A DNA stretch of 64,000 bases, taken from the NCBI GenBank assembly GCA_963806715.1, contig CAWEAV010000033.1, positions 9,501-73,500 on the forward strand. Direction: 5' to 3'. The notes under the pieces were generated by a model. It saw nothing but the letters and a program-made list of their open reading frames with translations, did no database searches and was not told the origin of the DNA. Position numbers and translations under genes: made by a program. Of the stretch, positions 1 to 9,201 are shown piece after piece; position 1 is the first letter of the stretch; each line of letters starts with the position of its first letter. The stretch comes from an uncultured delta proteobacterium. GTDB taxonomy: Bacteria; Desulfobacterota; BSN033; UBA1163.

Positions 1-396
1 CTGGAAGGAAAAGGCATCGTCAACCTGATCTCCCGTGGCCATATGCTTATTGAGTACGTTTGTAATTTTTTCAAGGATAGAAGAGATTTCATCTCCGAGA
101 TAGCCTCCGCTTACATCCTGAAACATCTTTTTAGCAATGAGAAGAGAGGAAAGCCCCTTGGAAGAAAAATAGACCATCGGCAGGGTAAAGGTTTCGCCCT
201 CGTAATAATACCCTTTCTGGCTAACGTCATACTCAAGAGGACAAAAGAGCCTGTCTCTCATAAAATCAATGTCACGCTGAGCCGTCTTCGTAGAGATGTC
301 AAACTGGTTTGCCAGCCCAGTGGTGTTGGGGTACTTCTTGGCCCTGACTTGACTGTCAAACCAAATGAACCGTTCGTAGATATTTTTTTTGCCCAT
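1..396 (-). CDS. WYL/YafY-family transcriptional regulator, N-terminal HTH part (partial; gene continues beyond window start)
   Basis: Reverse-strand translation from the ATG at 396-394 gives MGKKNIYERFIWFDSQVRAKKYPNTTGLANQFDISTKTAQRDIDFMRDRL... This follows the HTH_11 / YafY N-terminal pattern (HTH, then PI-Y...KGYYL...F.LP motif). The reading frame is open to the window edge. Confidence 0.55.
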   Translation of the reverse strand, partial: MGKKNIYERFIWFDSQVRAKKYPNTTGLANQFDISTKTAQRDIDFMRDRLFCPLEYDVSQKGYYYEGETFTLPMVYFSSKGLSSLLIAKKMFQDVSGGYLGDEISSILEKITNVLNKHMATGDQVDDAFSFQ

Positions 397-545
397 CACA
401 CACCTCATCAATCATTTTGGAAGGATCGGGGGATGAATTGGATAACCCAAGATACACAAAATGAAAGAAAAAGTCTATAATATATCGAGTTTTGACGGTG
501 GATTGCGCTCAAGTTTAAATCGTTTGGCTTCTCAAAATACACAAA

Positions 546-1547
546 ATGATGAATCCCGTGAAATCTGATTTCCAACAATTCCTCTTTCGTAACCCCCACC
601 CAAATATCCTGATGGGGATGGCGAGTGATCGGTATGCGGGGTGGATTGGGCAGATTTACACGGAGGGACGATATACCAAAGGAATCACTCAGCGAAGCCA
701 CAAGGTGGGAGACAAGACCTTCATCGAAAGGGTCCTGCCTGTAGAGAGCGTTCAGGAGTATTTCGAGCACTTTCCCATTCTTGAAATCGATTATACCTTT
801 TACCGACTGCTGCTTGATCAAGACGGCAAGCCTACCCAGAATTACCACGTCCTCAGGAAATACCGGGAGTATATGACCGAAAAGGACTCCGTTACCCTGA
901 AGGTTCCACAGGTTATTACAGCCCGGAGGTTGAGAAGGGGAGGTACCTCTGTTGAAAGTCAAACCTACCTGAACCCCAAGATTTTAACGGAGCAGTTTTA
1001 CAAACCAGCAATCGAAATCCTTGGGTCTACTCTTGGAGGGTTCATCTTTGAGCAGGAGTACCATCCAAAGAAAAACCGATTCGAACCAGACCAGTTAGCG
1101 AAAGACCTGGATACCTTCTTCAGCGCTATTCCGAAAGACAGCAGGTATCATATCGAGCTCCGTACGGAGGCGTACCTGACGGATCAGGTCTTCGAAATCC
1201 TTGAGAAGCATGGAGTGGGCTTGGTATTCTCCCACTGGACCTGGCTCCCTCCCCTGAAGAAACAGTTCGAGAAGACAGGTAGCCGATTTTACAATTCCGG
1301 GAACCAGTCCATCATCCGTCTCATAACGCCCTTCAGGATGTCTTACGAGGATTCTTATGTAAAGGCCTTTCCATTCGACAAGATGGTGGATGGGATGCTG
1401 AATCCCCAAATGATCGAGGATACAGTCCAGTTAATCAAGGAAGCCATTAGGCGAGAGAAGAAATTTGCCATCATCATCAACAACCGTGCCGGAGGCAACG
1501 GTCCTCTTATCGCACAATCAATCGTCACAAGATTTTTAGCAACATAA
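546..1547 (+). CDS. DUF72 family protein (YecE-like)
   Basis: 333 aa ORF. Motifs IGTSGW-like (GMASDRYAGWIGQIY) and HIELRTEAYLTDQVFEILEKHGVGLVFSHWTWLPPL are typical of DUF72/UPF0759. Confidence 0.7.
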   Translation: MMNPVKSDFQQFLFRNPHPNILMGMASDRYAGWIGQIYTEGRYTKGITQRSHKVGDKTFIERVLPVESVQEYFEHFPILEIDYTFYRLLLDQDGKPTQNYHVLRKYREYMTEKDSVTLKVPQVITARRLRRGGTSVESQTYLNPKILTEQFYKPAIEILGSTLGGFIFEQEYHPKKNRFEPDQLAKDLDTFFSAIPKDSRYHIELRTEAYLTDQVFEILEKHGVGLVFSHWTWLPPLKKQFEKTGSRFYNSGNQSIIRLITPFRMSYEDSYVKAFPFDKMVDGMLNPQMIEDTVQLIKEAIRREKKFAIIINNRAGGNGPLIAQSIVTRFLAT

Positions 1548-1627
1548 ATGCAGGTTTTCCCTTGATTTGTGGGCACTTTTCTCTTATAAAGCCTTTCAAA
1601 TAACCATTTCTCAAGGAGGAGGGAATT

Positions 1628-1933
1628 ATGGCAGCTCAGAAAAAGCTTTTAACAAAAGGACAAATCGTTACGCATTTCGCTGGGAAATTCGAGATTTCCA
1701 AAAAGGCCGCTGCTTCCATCGTTGAGGAGTACGCAGCCCTGGCAATCGCCGAAACCAAGAAAAAAGGGGCCTTCGTGCTCCCGGGAATTGGCAAATCTGT
1801 TCTCGTCAAAAGGAAAGCCCGGACAGGCCGGAACCCTGCCACAGGTGAAGCACTTAAGATCCCGGCTAAAACGGTCGTCAAGATAAGACCTGCCAAGGCA
1901 TTCAGAGAAACGATTGTGCCATCCAAAAAATAA
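1628..1933 (+). CDS. hup: HU family nucleoid-associated DNA-binding protein
   Basis: 101 aa; GKFEISKKAAASIVEEYAALAIAETKKKGAFVLPGIGKSVLVKRKARTGRNPATGEALKIPAK matches HU/IHF. AGGAGGA RBS lies 8 nt upstream. Confidence 0.9.
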   Translation: MAAQKKLLTKGQIVTHFAGKFEISKKAAASIVEEYAALAIAETKKKGAFVLPGIGKSVLVKRKARTGRNPATGEALKIPAKTVVKIRPAKAFRETIVPSKK

Positions 1934-1944
1934 CCTCCACGCGT

Positions 1945-1986
1945 CAAGAGGCGGGCTCAATAATTGGACCCGTCTCTTCTTTTTCT
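1945..1986 (+). terminator. Rho-independent terminator after hup
   Basis: GC stem CAAGAGGCGGG...CCCGTCTCTT followed by CTTTTTC, just downstream of the hup stop. Confidence 0.6.
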
Positions 1987-2336
1987 ACCTCAGGACAGGA
2001 GCCCGCTGAAACATTTCTCTTTGTTTTCACCGCCAAGAGGGAATCTTGCACGTATTTGAACATCCAAATTCTTATAAGAACCCCGAGAAACGGCTGCTCT
2101 CCCCGAGATCGTCCTTTAGCTGGAAAGTTACCTCATTTTACGGTCTTCAATGCTTTATTGCCCTGTTCAAGCTACCTAAGCGGTAACGCCGTTCCACTCC
2201 AACCGCCTTCCAACGGTTACCACTATACCTAAATATTACCCCAATTGAGCGAAAAATGAGTTCTTCAATCAAATATTTCCCTGATGATGAAACCATTAAA
2301 GAGCTTGCAGAGCGCTCTATCAAAATCCCCCTCAAT

Positions 2337-4758
2337 CCCCCTTTACGAAACTGAACGTGTCCCATATGTTAGGGGGCTGGACACAAGGGGAGTAATGTGC
2401 TATAGATAGGTCGTGCGGATATGCGGCCAGGAGTTTAGCGACGAAATTTGTGATCGAATCCGGGCCACCATTGAATCGGAACCGACGATCTCGCGTCGGG
2501 CATTGTCGTTGCGCGTCTGCGAGTGGCTCAACTGGAAGAGCCCCAATGGCAAGCCCAAGGAGATGAGCTGTCGGATGGCCTTGCTGAAGTTGCACCGTGG
2601 GGAGTATCTCTGTCTTCCGGAGCCAGGGGTCCGCAACTGGGCCGTGGTTCAGGGAGAACGGTGTACACTGTCGCTTCCAGAGATTGAGTCGCTTCGCTGC
2701 CGGTTGAAGACGTTGGGAGAGATCAAATTGGTCCTTGTTGAGAACAAGAAGCGCTCTCTCTCCCGTCTGTGGAATGACCTGATGGAGGCGTATCATTATC
2801 TGGGAGCTGGCCCCTTGTGTGGAGCGCAGGTTCGCTATTTGATTGAGAGTTCGGTCTATGGATGGATTGGAGGGTTGGCCTTCAGTGCTGCGGCTTGGCG
2901 AGTGGCCCCCCGGGATCGATGGATTGGGTGGAGCGAACAGGCCCGACAGTCGAATCTGGACAAGGTGGTCTGTAACAGTCGGTTTCTGCTCGTGCCTCGG
3001 GTGGCCCATTTGGCGTCCCACATCCTTTCGCTTTGCGCCCGACGAGTGGTTCAGGATTGGGTGCAGCGTTATGGTGTGCGGCCTATATTGATCGAGACCT
3101 ATGTCGAGCGGGACCGGTTTAAGGGGACCTGTTATCGTGCGGCCAATTGGTGTTATGTAGGAGCGACGCAGGGCCGAGGGCGGATGGACCGGGATCGCAG
3201 GTATTCGGCACCTGTTAAGGACATCTATTTGTACCCTCTTCAAAAGAACGCCCGCAAGGTGCTGTGTGTTGAACCGCCCGCGAAGCCGATCCGGTGCCGA
3301 TCGCAGCAGCCCGGGGCGGGCCGAGACTGGACCGAAGAGGAGTGGGCAGAGGCGCAGATCGGAGATCGCCGGTTGAACAAGAGGCTGCGCACCATTGCCC
3401 AAGCCTTTTACGCGCGGCCTCAGGCCAATATTCCCCAAGCCTGCCAGAGCCGGGCGGAGACAAAAGCCACGTATCGTTTTTTGGATCATCCTGAGACGAG
3501 CATAGAGACGATTCTCGATCCCCATTATCAAGCCACCGTGGCACGGATGAGTCGGGAAGAGGTGATCTTGGCTGTTCAAGACACCACGACGCTCAACTAC
3601 AGCGCCCATCCTGCGACGGAGAACCTCGGGCCGATTGGCTACAGTAAGGATCGAGGCATTGGACTGCTCCTGCATGATACGATGGCGTTTAATCGAGAAG
3701 GGACGCCACTGGGATTGCTCGATGTGCAATGCTGGGCGAGAGACGGGGCGGACTTTGGGAAGAAGAAGTGCCGGCATCGCTTGCCGATCGAGGAGAAGGA
3801 GAGTTTCAAATGGCTGGTCAGTTTTCGCAAGGTTGCCCAGGCACAGAAGCAATGTCCCGCAACGATGCTGGTCAGTGTGGGAGATCGAGAGGCGGATGTG
3901 TATCAGCTTTTTGAATTGGCCTTGAGTGATCCTTTGGGGCCAAAGCTTCTGATACGAGCTGAACAGGATCGGTTGCTTGCGCAAAGTCAAGGGCATCTGT
4001 GGGACAAGATGGCCGAGCAGGAGGTTTCGGGGATCCAGGAGATTCATGTTCCCCGTCACAAGAATCGTCGGGCTCGAGTGGCGCGGCTGGAGGTTCGGTT
4101 TGCAAAGGTTACCTTGAAGTCTCCCAAAAACGAGAAAAGGCGCCGCGAATTGACCCTGTGGGCCGTCTGGGCGCGGGAGGCTGTAGGGTCCACGGAAGCA
4201 GATCGCATTGAGTGGATGCTTCTGAGTACGGTGCCGATCCATACGTTTGCGGAGGCCATCGAGAAATTGGCCTGGTACACGCTCCGTTGGGGGATTGAGG
4301 TTTATCATCGCACCCTGAAGAGTGGATGCAAGGTGGAAGAGCGGCAACTGGGCACTGCTGATCGCATCGAAACGTGCTTGGCCATTGATATGGTGGTGGC
4401 ATGGCGAATTTTTCATTTGGCAAAGCTTGGCCGCGAGACCCCGGATGTGCCTTGTACGGTCTTCTTTGAAGAAGCGGAATGGAAAGCCCTGGTGGCTTAT
4501 ATCACTCAAAATCCGAAACCTCCTGAGACGCCTCCCACTCTTCGAGAGGCCATCGGGATGGTTGGCAGTCTCGGTGGGTTCCTTGGCCGAAACGGCGATG
4601 GCGAACCAGGGACCAAAAGCCTCTGGCTAGGAATCCAACGGCTCGACGATCTATCATCCATGTGGAAACTATTGACTGCAACTGCTCATCCTCCCCCCTC
4701 TCCTTCCCTTGTATCCAGCAACCCAGGTTATGGGTAAGGATCAGTTTACGAAAGGGGG
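2337..4758 (+). mobile_element. IS4-family (Tn5/IS50-like) insertion sequence, GC-rich relative to flanks
   Basis: Imperfect terminal inverted repeats CCCCCTTTACGAAACTGA (2337-2354) and TCAGTTTACGAAAGGGGG (4741-4758) bracket a single 774 aa transposase ORF. GC is about 58% against about 47% in the flanks. I found no clear 9 bp target duplication. Confidence 0.65.
2413..4737 (+). CDS. Tn5-like (IS4 family) DDE transposase with an extra N-terminal domain of about 290 aa
   Basis: C-terminal 480 aa carries Tn5-transposase hallmarks (LAWYTLRWGIEVYHRTLKSGCKVEERQ, IEWMLLST, DDE region). N-terminal 290 aa (MRICGQEFSDEICDRIRATIESEPTISRRALSLRVCEWLNW...) is an extra domain I recall as DUF4338-like. Confidence 0.8.
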   Translation: MRICGQEFSDEICDRIRATIESEPTISRRALSLRVCEWLNWKSPNGKPKEMSCRMALLKLHRGEYLCLPEPGVRNWAVVQGERCTLSLPEIESLRCRLKTLGEIKLVLVENKKRSLSRLWNDLMEAYHYLGAGPLCGAQVRYLIESSVYGWIGGLAFSAAAWRVAPRDRWIGWSEQARQSNLDKVVCNSRFLLVPRVAHLASHILSLCARRVVQDWVQRYGVRPILIETYVERDRFKGTCYRAANWCYVGATQGRGRMDRDRRYSAPVKDIYLYPLQKNARKVLCVEPPAKPIRCRSQQPGAGRDWTEEEWAEAQIGDRRLNKRLRTIAQAFYARPQANIPQACQSRAETKATYRFLDHPETSIETILDPHYQATVARMSREEVILAVQDTTTLNYSAHPATENLGPIGYSKDRGIGLLLHDTMAFNREGTPLGLLDVQCWARDGADFGKKKCRHRLPIEEKESFKWLVSFRKVAQAQKQCPATMLVSVGDREADVYQLFELALSDPLGPKLLIRAEQDRLLAQSQGHLWDKMAEQEVSGIQEIHVPRHKNRRARVARLEVRFAKVTLKSPKNEKRRRELTLWAVWAREAVGSTEADRIEWMLLSTVPIHTFAEAIEKLAWYTLRWGIEVYHRTLKSGCKVEERQLGTADRIETCLAIDMVVAWRIFHLAKLGRETPDVPCTVFFEEAEWKALVAYITQNPKPPETPPTLREAIGMVGSLGGFLGRNGDGEPGTKSLWLGIQRLDDLSSMWKLLTATAHPPPSPSLVSSNPGYG

Positions 4759-4877
4759 ATAACAATTAGTCCTCCCCTTTAGTAAAGGGGAGTCAGAGGG
4801 GATTTGTCGAGATTTGTTGACTCAATTGGGGTATTAGTAAATGTCCGCTTTCTGCAATCTCATAAACATTTCTCGCT

Positions 4878-5554
4878 ATGGGCTTCGATGGAACCTCTAC
4901 GGTCAACGCGTTTCTCAGCTTATCAAACGACGTCAAGTTTTCCAAACTTTTCATCCTTTCCTTCTTATTATCAACAGCAGTCCAATCTAATAATCCTTGG
5001 AAGATCCGTAGTCTAATCGAGGCCGCATATTGTGGTTCACCTAACTTGGCAATCATTTCGCAATTGAAAGAGCTTGCAGGAGAGGCGAAATCCTCACAAT
5101 GGAATGGAAGGATGTGGACCTTTTCAAGAGAACAGTAACTGTCCTCGGAGAGAAAACCGAGGAACGGAGAGTCGTACCGCTGACGCAAAAGGCCTTCGAG
5201 GTTCTGAAAGCGCGAGAGCGGGCAAGGTCAAACGTGAGGCCATTGAAAGGAGACTTTGTCTTCACCCATCCAGCCGGAAGGAAGGCCAATATCCACACGC
5301 TGAGGACTGTGTTTGAGGCTGCGGTTGAAAGGACAAAGATAGAGGGCTTCCGCTTCCACGACCTGCGCCACACCTTTGCCTCAAGGCTCGCCCAGTCCGG
5401 AACAGACCCTTACACAATCCAGAGACTCATGGGGCACAAGTCTTTCGTGACGACGCAGAGATATGCCCACCATTACTCCGAAAGCCTGAGAAAAGGAATA
5501 GCGGCGCTGGATGAATTCAGGCAACAGAAATCCAATTTTATCACAATCGGGTGA
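4878..5554 (+). pseudogene. Tyrosine recombinase/phage integrase, N-terminally truncated and frame-broken near 5090
   Basis: 5099-5554 encodes the catalytic C-terminus (HDLRHTFASRLAQ, LMGHKS, TQRYAH = R..HxxR..Y). The upstream frame (4878-5098) carries the core-region motif LIEAA...LAIISQL...GEAKSS and joins by a 1-nt shift. No arm-binding/SAM-like N-terminal domain is present. The IS end lies about 120 bp upstream. Confidence 0.55.
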
Positions 5555-5605
5555 AAACCGAGGGTAGGATGGATTTGGAGAGTAGACGTAAGTTATTGAA
5601 AAAAT

Positions 5606-5675
5606 TGGTGCCGGAGGTCGGAATCGAACCGACACGGGGTGGAAGCCCCGCGGGATTTTGAGTCCGAAAACCGGC
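5606..5675 (-). other. tRNA-Leu(CAA)-like 3' fragment (anticodon arm to CCA), no 5' half; possible att-site remnant
   Basis: Reverse complement reads ...TCGGA CTCAAAA TCCCG CGGGG-CTTCCA-CCCCG T GTCGG TTCGATT CCGAC CTCCGGC A CCA. It has a perfect T-arm, a class-II variable arm, an anticodon loop CUCAAAA (CAA) and a CCA end. The 5' acceptor partner GCCGGAG and the D-arm are absent from the upstream sequence. Confidence 0.5.
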
Positions 5676-6039
5676 TTTTTGCTAACCCCCTGATTCTTAA
5701 GGCGGTCTCCCTTAACCACTTTAAAATACTGGGGAAAAACCTTTCAGGTCCATTCCATTCTACTCTGTCTATTCCATTCTATTCGGGTCGCTTTTATCAC
5801 AATTTTATCACATTAGCATTTCATGATTTGAATTGCCTACCTCTCATCGAATTCCTTATGTGCCTCAGGGGCAATGATTGCGGACGGCCTTCAAATAGAT
5901 AGTATTTTTCGAAGCCCAAAAAATTATGATTTGATGATCAAAGCTTCATCAGGCCCACCCCATTAATGGGAGAGGGTTTTAGCAAGCTATATTCAGTCTT
6001 TAGATGCTGATACCACCTCCTACAAGTGACAAGATGAGA

Positions 6040-6231
6040 CTAATCTTTGTCAATTCTCCTGGGCCGGATCATCTCTTCAGGCGATAGAATCTTCTCGATT
6101 TCTTCTTTCGAAAGAAACTTCTGATCGAGAACAAGGTCATAGACAGACTTTCCTGTTTGGAGGGCTTCTTTTGCAAGCATCGTAGAATTCCTAACCGAGA
6201 TATTCTTCAAGTTTCTTTCCTTTTGCCCCAT
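6040..6231 (-). pseudogene. Aspartate ammonia-lyase/fumarase-family C-terminal remnant (about 60 aa only)
   Basis: LAKEALQTGKSVYDLVLDQKFLSKEEIEKILSPEEMIRP matches the aspartase/class II fumarase C-terminus (AKEALETGKSV.ELVLE.GLLTEEELD.ILSPE.M..P). There is no room for the other 400 aa before the korG stop at 6307. Confidence 0.5.
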
Positions 6232-6306
6232 AGAACGGCTCTCTTATCCTTCGAAACTGCCTGATGATTGCCCTTGAGTAGTTTCTTGAAGGATTTCGGT
6301 TTCCTT

Positions 6307-6852
6307 CTATTCCTTCTTCGCCCGCTTGGCCGCGCTGATCCCTGCCTTGAGGGCTTCGCGGTTCAACCTCTCGGTGCCTTTGGGCACCCGTCCCAGGACC
6401 GCCGTCTCCATCGATTTGGAAGAAACGATCGGGGTCAACTGGGTCAAGGCTCCCAGGGCCACGATGTTGGCCACCATCTCCCTCTTTAATTTTTCCCGGG
6501 CAATGCGCGTAAAGGGGATCCGAAAGACCTTCGACGTGGGGACCTGCTTAACAAAGGTCGAATCGACGATGAGCAATCCACCCGGTTTGAGATCCGAATA
6601 GAATTCGTCGCACGATTTCTGATTCATGGCTAAAAGGAGGTCCAGCTTCATGGCCTTGGGATAGTCGATCTCCTCCTCACTGACGATCACCTCTGCCTTG
6701 CTCGATCCTCCTCTGGCCTCAGGACCATAGCTCTGAGTTTGGGCCACGTACTTCCCCTCATAGATCCCGATGGCTTCTGCCAAGATAATCCCCATGAGGA
6801 TGAGTCCCTGTCCGCCTGAACCACTGAGTCGAATCTCATACCGATCACCCAT
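6307..6852 (-). CDS. korC: 2-oxoacid:ferredoxin oxidoreductase gamma subunit
   Basis: 181 aa; GSGGQGLILMGIILAEAIGIYEGKYVAQTQSYGPEARGG is the POR/KOR gamma signature. Last gene of the 4-gene operon. Confidence 0.85.
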   Translation of the reverse strand: MGDRYEIRLSGSGGQGLILMGIILAEAIGIYEGKYVAQTQSYGPEARGGSSKAEVIVSEEEIDYPKAMKLDLLLAMNQKSCDEFYSDLKPGGLLIVDSTFVKQVPTSKVFRIPFTRIAREKLKREMVANIVALGALTQLTPIVSSKSMETAVLGRVPKGTERLNREALKAGISAAKRAKKE

Positions 6853-6854
6853 CG

Positions 6855-7691
6855 CTATTTCCCTGCACCTCCCTTTGCCCGTTCTCGAATCTTTTCGTAT
6901 TCAATTTGAAATACGGGAAGTTCTTTATCGACCAAGACCCCGATAAGAAGCTGATCCTTCGTCTCCTCGGGCTTCATCGTCACCGCCTTCTCCACGGTCA
7001 ACGCATGATCCCGCTGCCACTCCATCATCTCCACTGCCCCTCCGAGATGGTTCTGCCTTCCATACTGAGTATGGCAATGGGCAATGACTTCGACTACGGA
7101 AAACCCCTGTTTTAGAAAGGCCTTTTCCATCAGGCTGTCCAGGAGCTTCGCATGATAGACCGTCCCTCTTCCGACAAAGACGGCTCCGGCCGTCACCGCC
7201 AACTCCGAAATCCTAAAGGCCTGCTCAATATTCGAATAGATCGTTGTGGTGGACCGCATCCCGTAAGGCGTTGTCGGTGAGTACTGGCCTCCGGTCATCC
7301 CATAGATGCTGTTATTGAGGATGATCGCCGTGACATCAATGTTCCTTCGGGCCGCGTGGATGAAGTGGTTGCCTCCTATGGCAACGGCATCTCCATCCCC
7401 CATGATGACGATCACCTTGAGATTGGGTTTGGCCAGTTTCACCCCTGTGGCAAAAGTCAGTGCCCGTCCGTGGGTCGTATGGAGGGTATTGAAATCGACA
7501 TAAACCGGGAGCCTTCCCGAACACCCAATCCCCGAGACAAGGACGACGTCATCCTTTGCGTAGCCGATTCGATCGATCGCCCGGATGAGAGCGCCCAACA
7601 TGATCCCGATCCCGCATCCGGGACACCAGACATGGGGAAACTTCTTGTCGTGGCGAAGGTATTTATGAATCAGCTTGGTAATTTCAGGCAT
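6855..7691 (-). CDS. korB: 2-oxoacid:ferredoxin oxidoreductase beta subunit (TPP-binding)
   Basis: 278 aa; CPGCGIG...GIGCSGR...IMGDGDAVAIGGNHFIHAARRNIDVTAII TPP motif. Confidence 0.9.
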   Translation of the reverse strand: MPEITKLIHKYLRHDKKFPHVWCPGCGIGIMLGALIRAIDRIGYAKDDVVLVSGIGCSGRLPVYVDFNTLHTTHGRALTFATGVKLAKPNLKVIVIMGDGDAVAIGGNHFIHAARRNIDVTAIILNNSIYGMTGGQYSPTTPYGMRSTTTIYSNIEQAFRISELAVTAGAVFVGRGTVYHAKLLDSLMEKAFLKQGFSVVEVIAHCHTQYGRQNHLGGAVEMMEWQRDHALTVEKAVTMKPEETKDQLLIGVLVDKELPVFQIEYEKIRERAKGGAGK

Positions 7692-8893
7692 CAGGATACC
7701 TCCAGGATCCGATTCAAAATTTCCTCGGGGGTAATGATCGTTCCATCCACCTTATTAAGAGTAAACACCTTGGCCGTGTCCCGGTTCACCCGCTTCACCT
7801 CCCGGGAAACTTGCCCCATGTTCATTTCCGGAACGATCAATGTTTTGGAGGTCTGTAAGATCTTTTCCACGGCCGACCTCATAAAGGGCCAGAGGGTGAT
7901 TAGCTTAAGCAAGCCCACCTTCTTTCCCTTCTCCCTTGCTTCAATCACGGCCCTCTTGGCAGAACGGGCCACACATCCGTAGGCCACAAGGGTGATCTCC
8001 GCATCGTCGGTCAGGAAGAATTCAGCCATCTGGATCTCTGAGAAATTCTGATTGATCTTCCGGAAGAGCCGATTGATGAAAGGACCAATCTCATCGGGTC
8101 TTGAGGTGGGGAATCCTCGAATATCGTGGGTTAATCCTGTCACATGGTATCGATAGCCCTCTCCAAAATTGGCCATGGCTGGAACAGCGCTCGCTGTATC
8201 CTCGTAGGGGATATACCATTCCGGAGGGACCGTGGGTTTAACCCGGTTGATGATCGTCACCTCTTCTTCATCCGACAGGGTCATCTTTTCCCGCATATGA
8301 GCCACAACCTCATCGATCAGGACAATGACCGGGTTCCGGAACTTTTCCGAGAGGTTGAAGGCCTTGATCGTAATTTCATAACATTCCCGGACCGTCGAGG
8401 CAGACAGGACGATGGCCGGATGGTCCCCATGGGTCCCCCACCGCGCCTGCATCACATCGCTCTGGGAGGGATAGGTCGGAAGCCCGGTACTTGGCCCGCC
8501 CCTCATCACATTGACGATGACACAGGGAATTTCAGCGATCACGGCAAAACCAAGATTTTCCTGCATCAGCGAAAAACCCGGACCGCTCGTTGCCGTCATC
8601 GCTTTCACCCCAGCCTGAGAAGCACCAATCACCGCACCCACGCTGGCAATCTCATCTTCCATCTGGATGAAGGTTCCATCTACCTGCGGCAGTTTTACGG
8701 ATAAAATCTCGGAAATCTCTGTGGCGGGAGTAATAGGATATCCTGCAAAAAAACGACAACCTGCCCGAAGCGCCCCTTCAACAATCGCTTCATTGCCCTG
8801 GAGCAACACCTCTCTCTTCTGACTCCGCTTCTTCACCTTTCCCCTCTTTCTTCTTACTCCTTCTGTTCCACGGTGATGGCAAAATCGGGGCAC
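7691..8893 (-). CDS. korA: 2-oxoacid:ferredoxin oxidoreductase alpha subunit
   Basis: 400 aa; LLQGNEAIVEGALRAGCRFFAGYPITPATEI...ATSGPGFSLMQENLGFA. The true start may be an internal GTG, since the annotated N-terminus overlaps the delta subunit. Confidence 0.9.
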   Translation of the reverse strand: MPRFCHHRGTEGVRRKRGKVKKRSQKREVLLQGNEAIVEGALRAGCRFFAGYPITPATEISEILSVKLPQVDGTFIQMEDEIASVGAVIGASQAGVKAMTATSGPGFSLMQENLGFAVIAEIPCVIVNVMRGGPSTGLPTYPSQSDVMQARWGTHGDHPAIVLSASTVRECYEITIKAFNLSEKFRNPVIVLIDEVVAHMREKMTLSDEEEVTIINRVKPTVPPEWYIPYEDTASAVPAMANFGEGYRYHVTGLTHDIRGFPTSRPDEIGPFINRLFRKINQNFSEIQMAEFFLTDDAEITLVAYGCVARSAKRAVIEAREKGKKVGLLKLITLWPFMRSAVEKILQTSKTLIVPEMNMGQVSREVKRVNRDTAKVFTLNKVDGTIITPEEILNRILEVS

Positions 8894-9075
8894 CGGATCT
8901 CACACCATCCACAACGGATACACTTTCCGATATCCTTCACATAGGGGTACCCTGACTCGTCCTTGGCTAAGGCCCCGGTTGGGCAGAAAGCAACACAGAT
9001 CCCGCAGGCCTTGCACCAGGCGCGGTAGATATCGATCTTGGCTTCCTCTCTCTTTTTCTTGGATTCAACTGCCAT
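8854..9075 (-). CDS. korD: 2-oxoacid:ferredoxin oxidoreductase delta subunit (2x[4Fe-4S] ferredoxin)
   Basis: MAVESKK...CKACGICVAFCPTG...CIRCGWCEIRCP gives two CxxCxxCxxxCP motifs. ATG at 9075 has a GAGG RBS. Confidence 0.85.
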   Translation of the reverse strand: MAVESKKKREEAKIDIYRAWCKACGICVAFCPTGALAKDESGYPYVKDIGKCIRCGWCEIRCPDFAITVEQKE

Positions 9076-9201
9076 AAATAACCTCAAGACGTAGATTTCC
9101 GTTCTTATCCCGTCTGAAAACGGAACGACACGGAAACTTCGTTTTCATTTTCATTAATTATTTTCCCCTACTTTAATCATAAGCTAAAATAATGAAACTT
9201 G

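Noticed and set aside
43-962. ORFs 43-480 (+) and 408-962 (-)
   Set aside because: Antisense or overlapping shadows of the WYL-regulator and DUF72 genes; no recognisable motifs.
2332-4509. 725 aa ORF antisense to the Tn5-like transposase
   Set aside because: Shadow ORF in a GC-rich region; low-complexity Pro/Arg-rich translation. The opposite strand encodes a clearly recognisable transposase.
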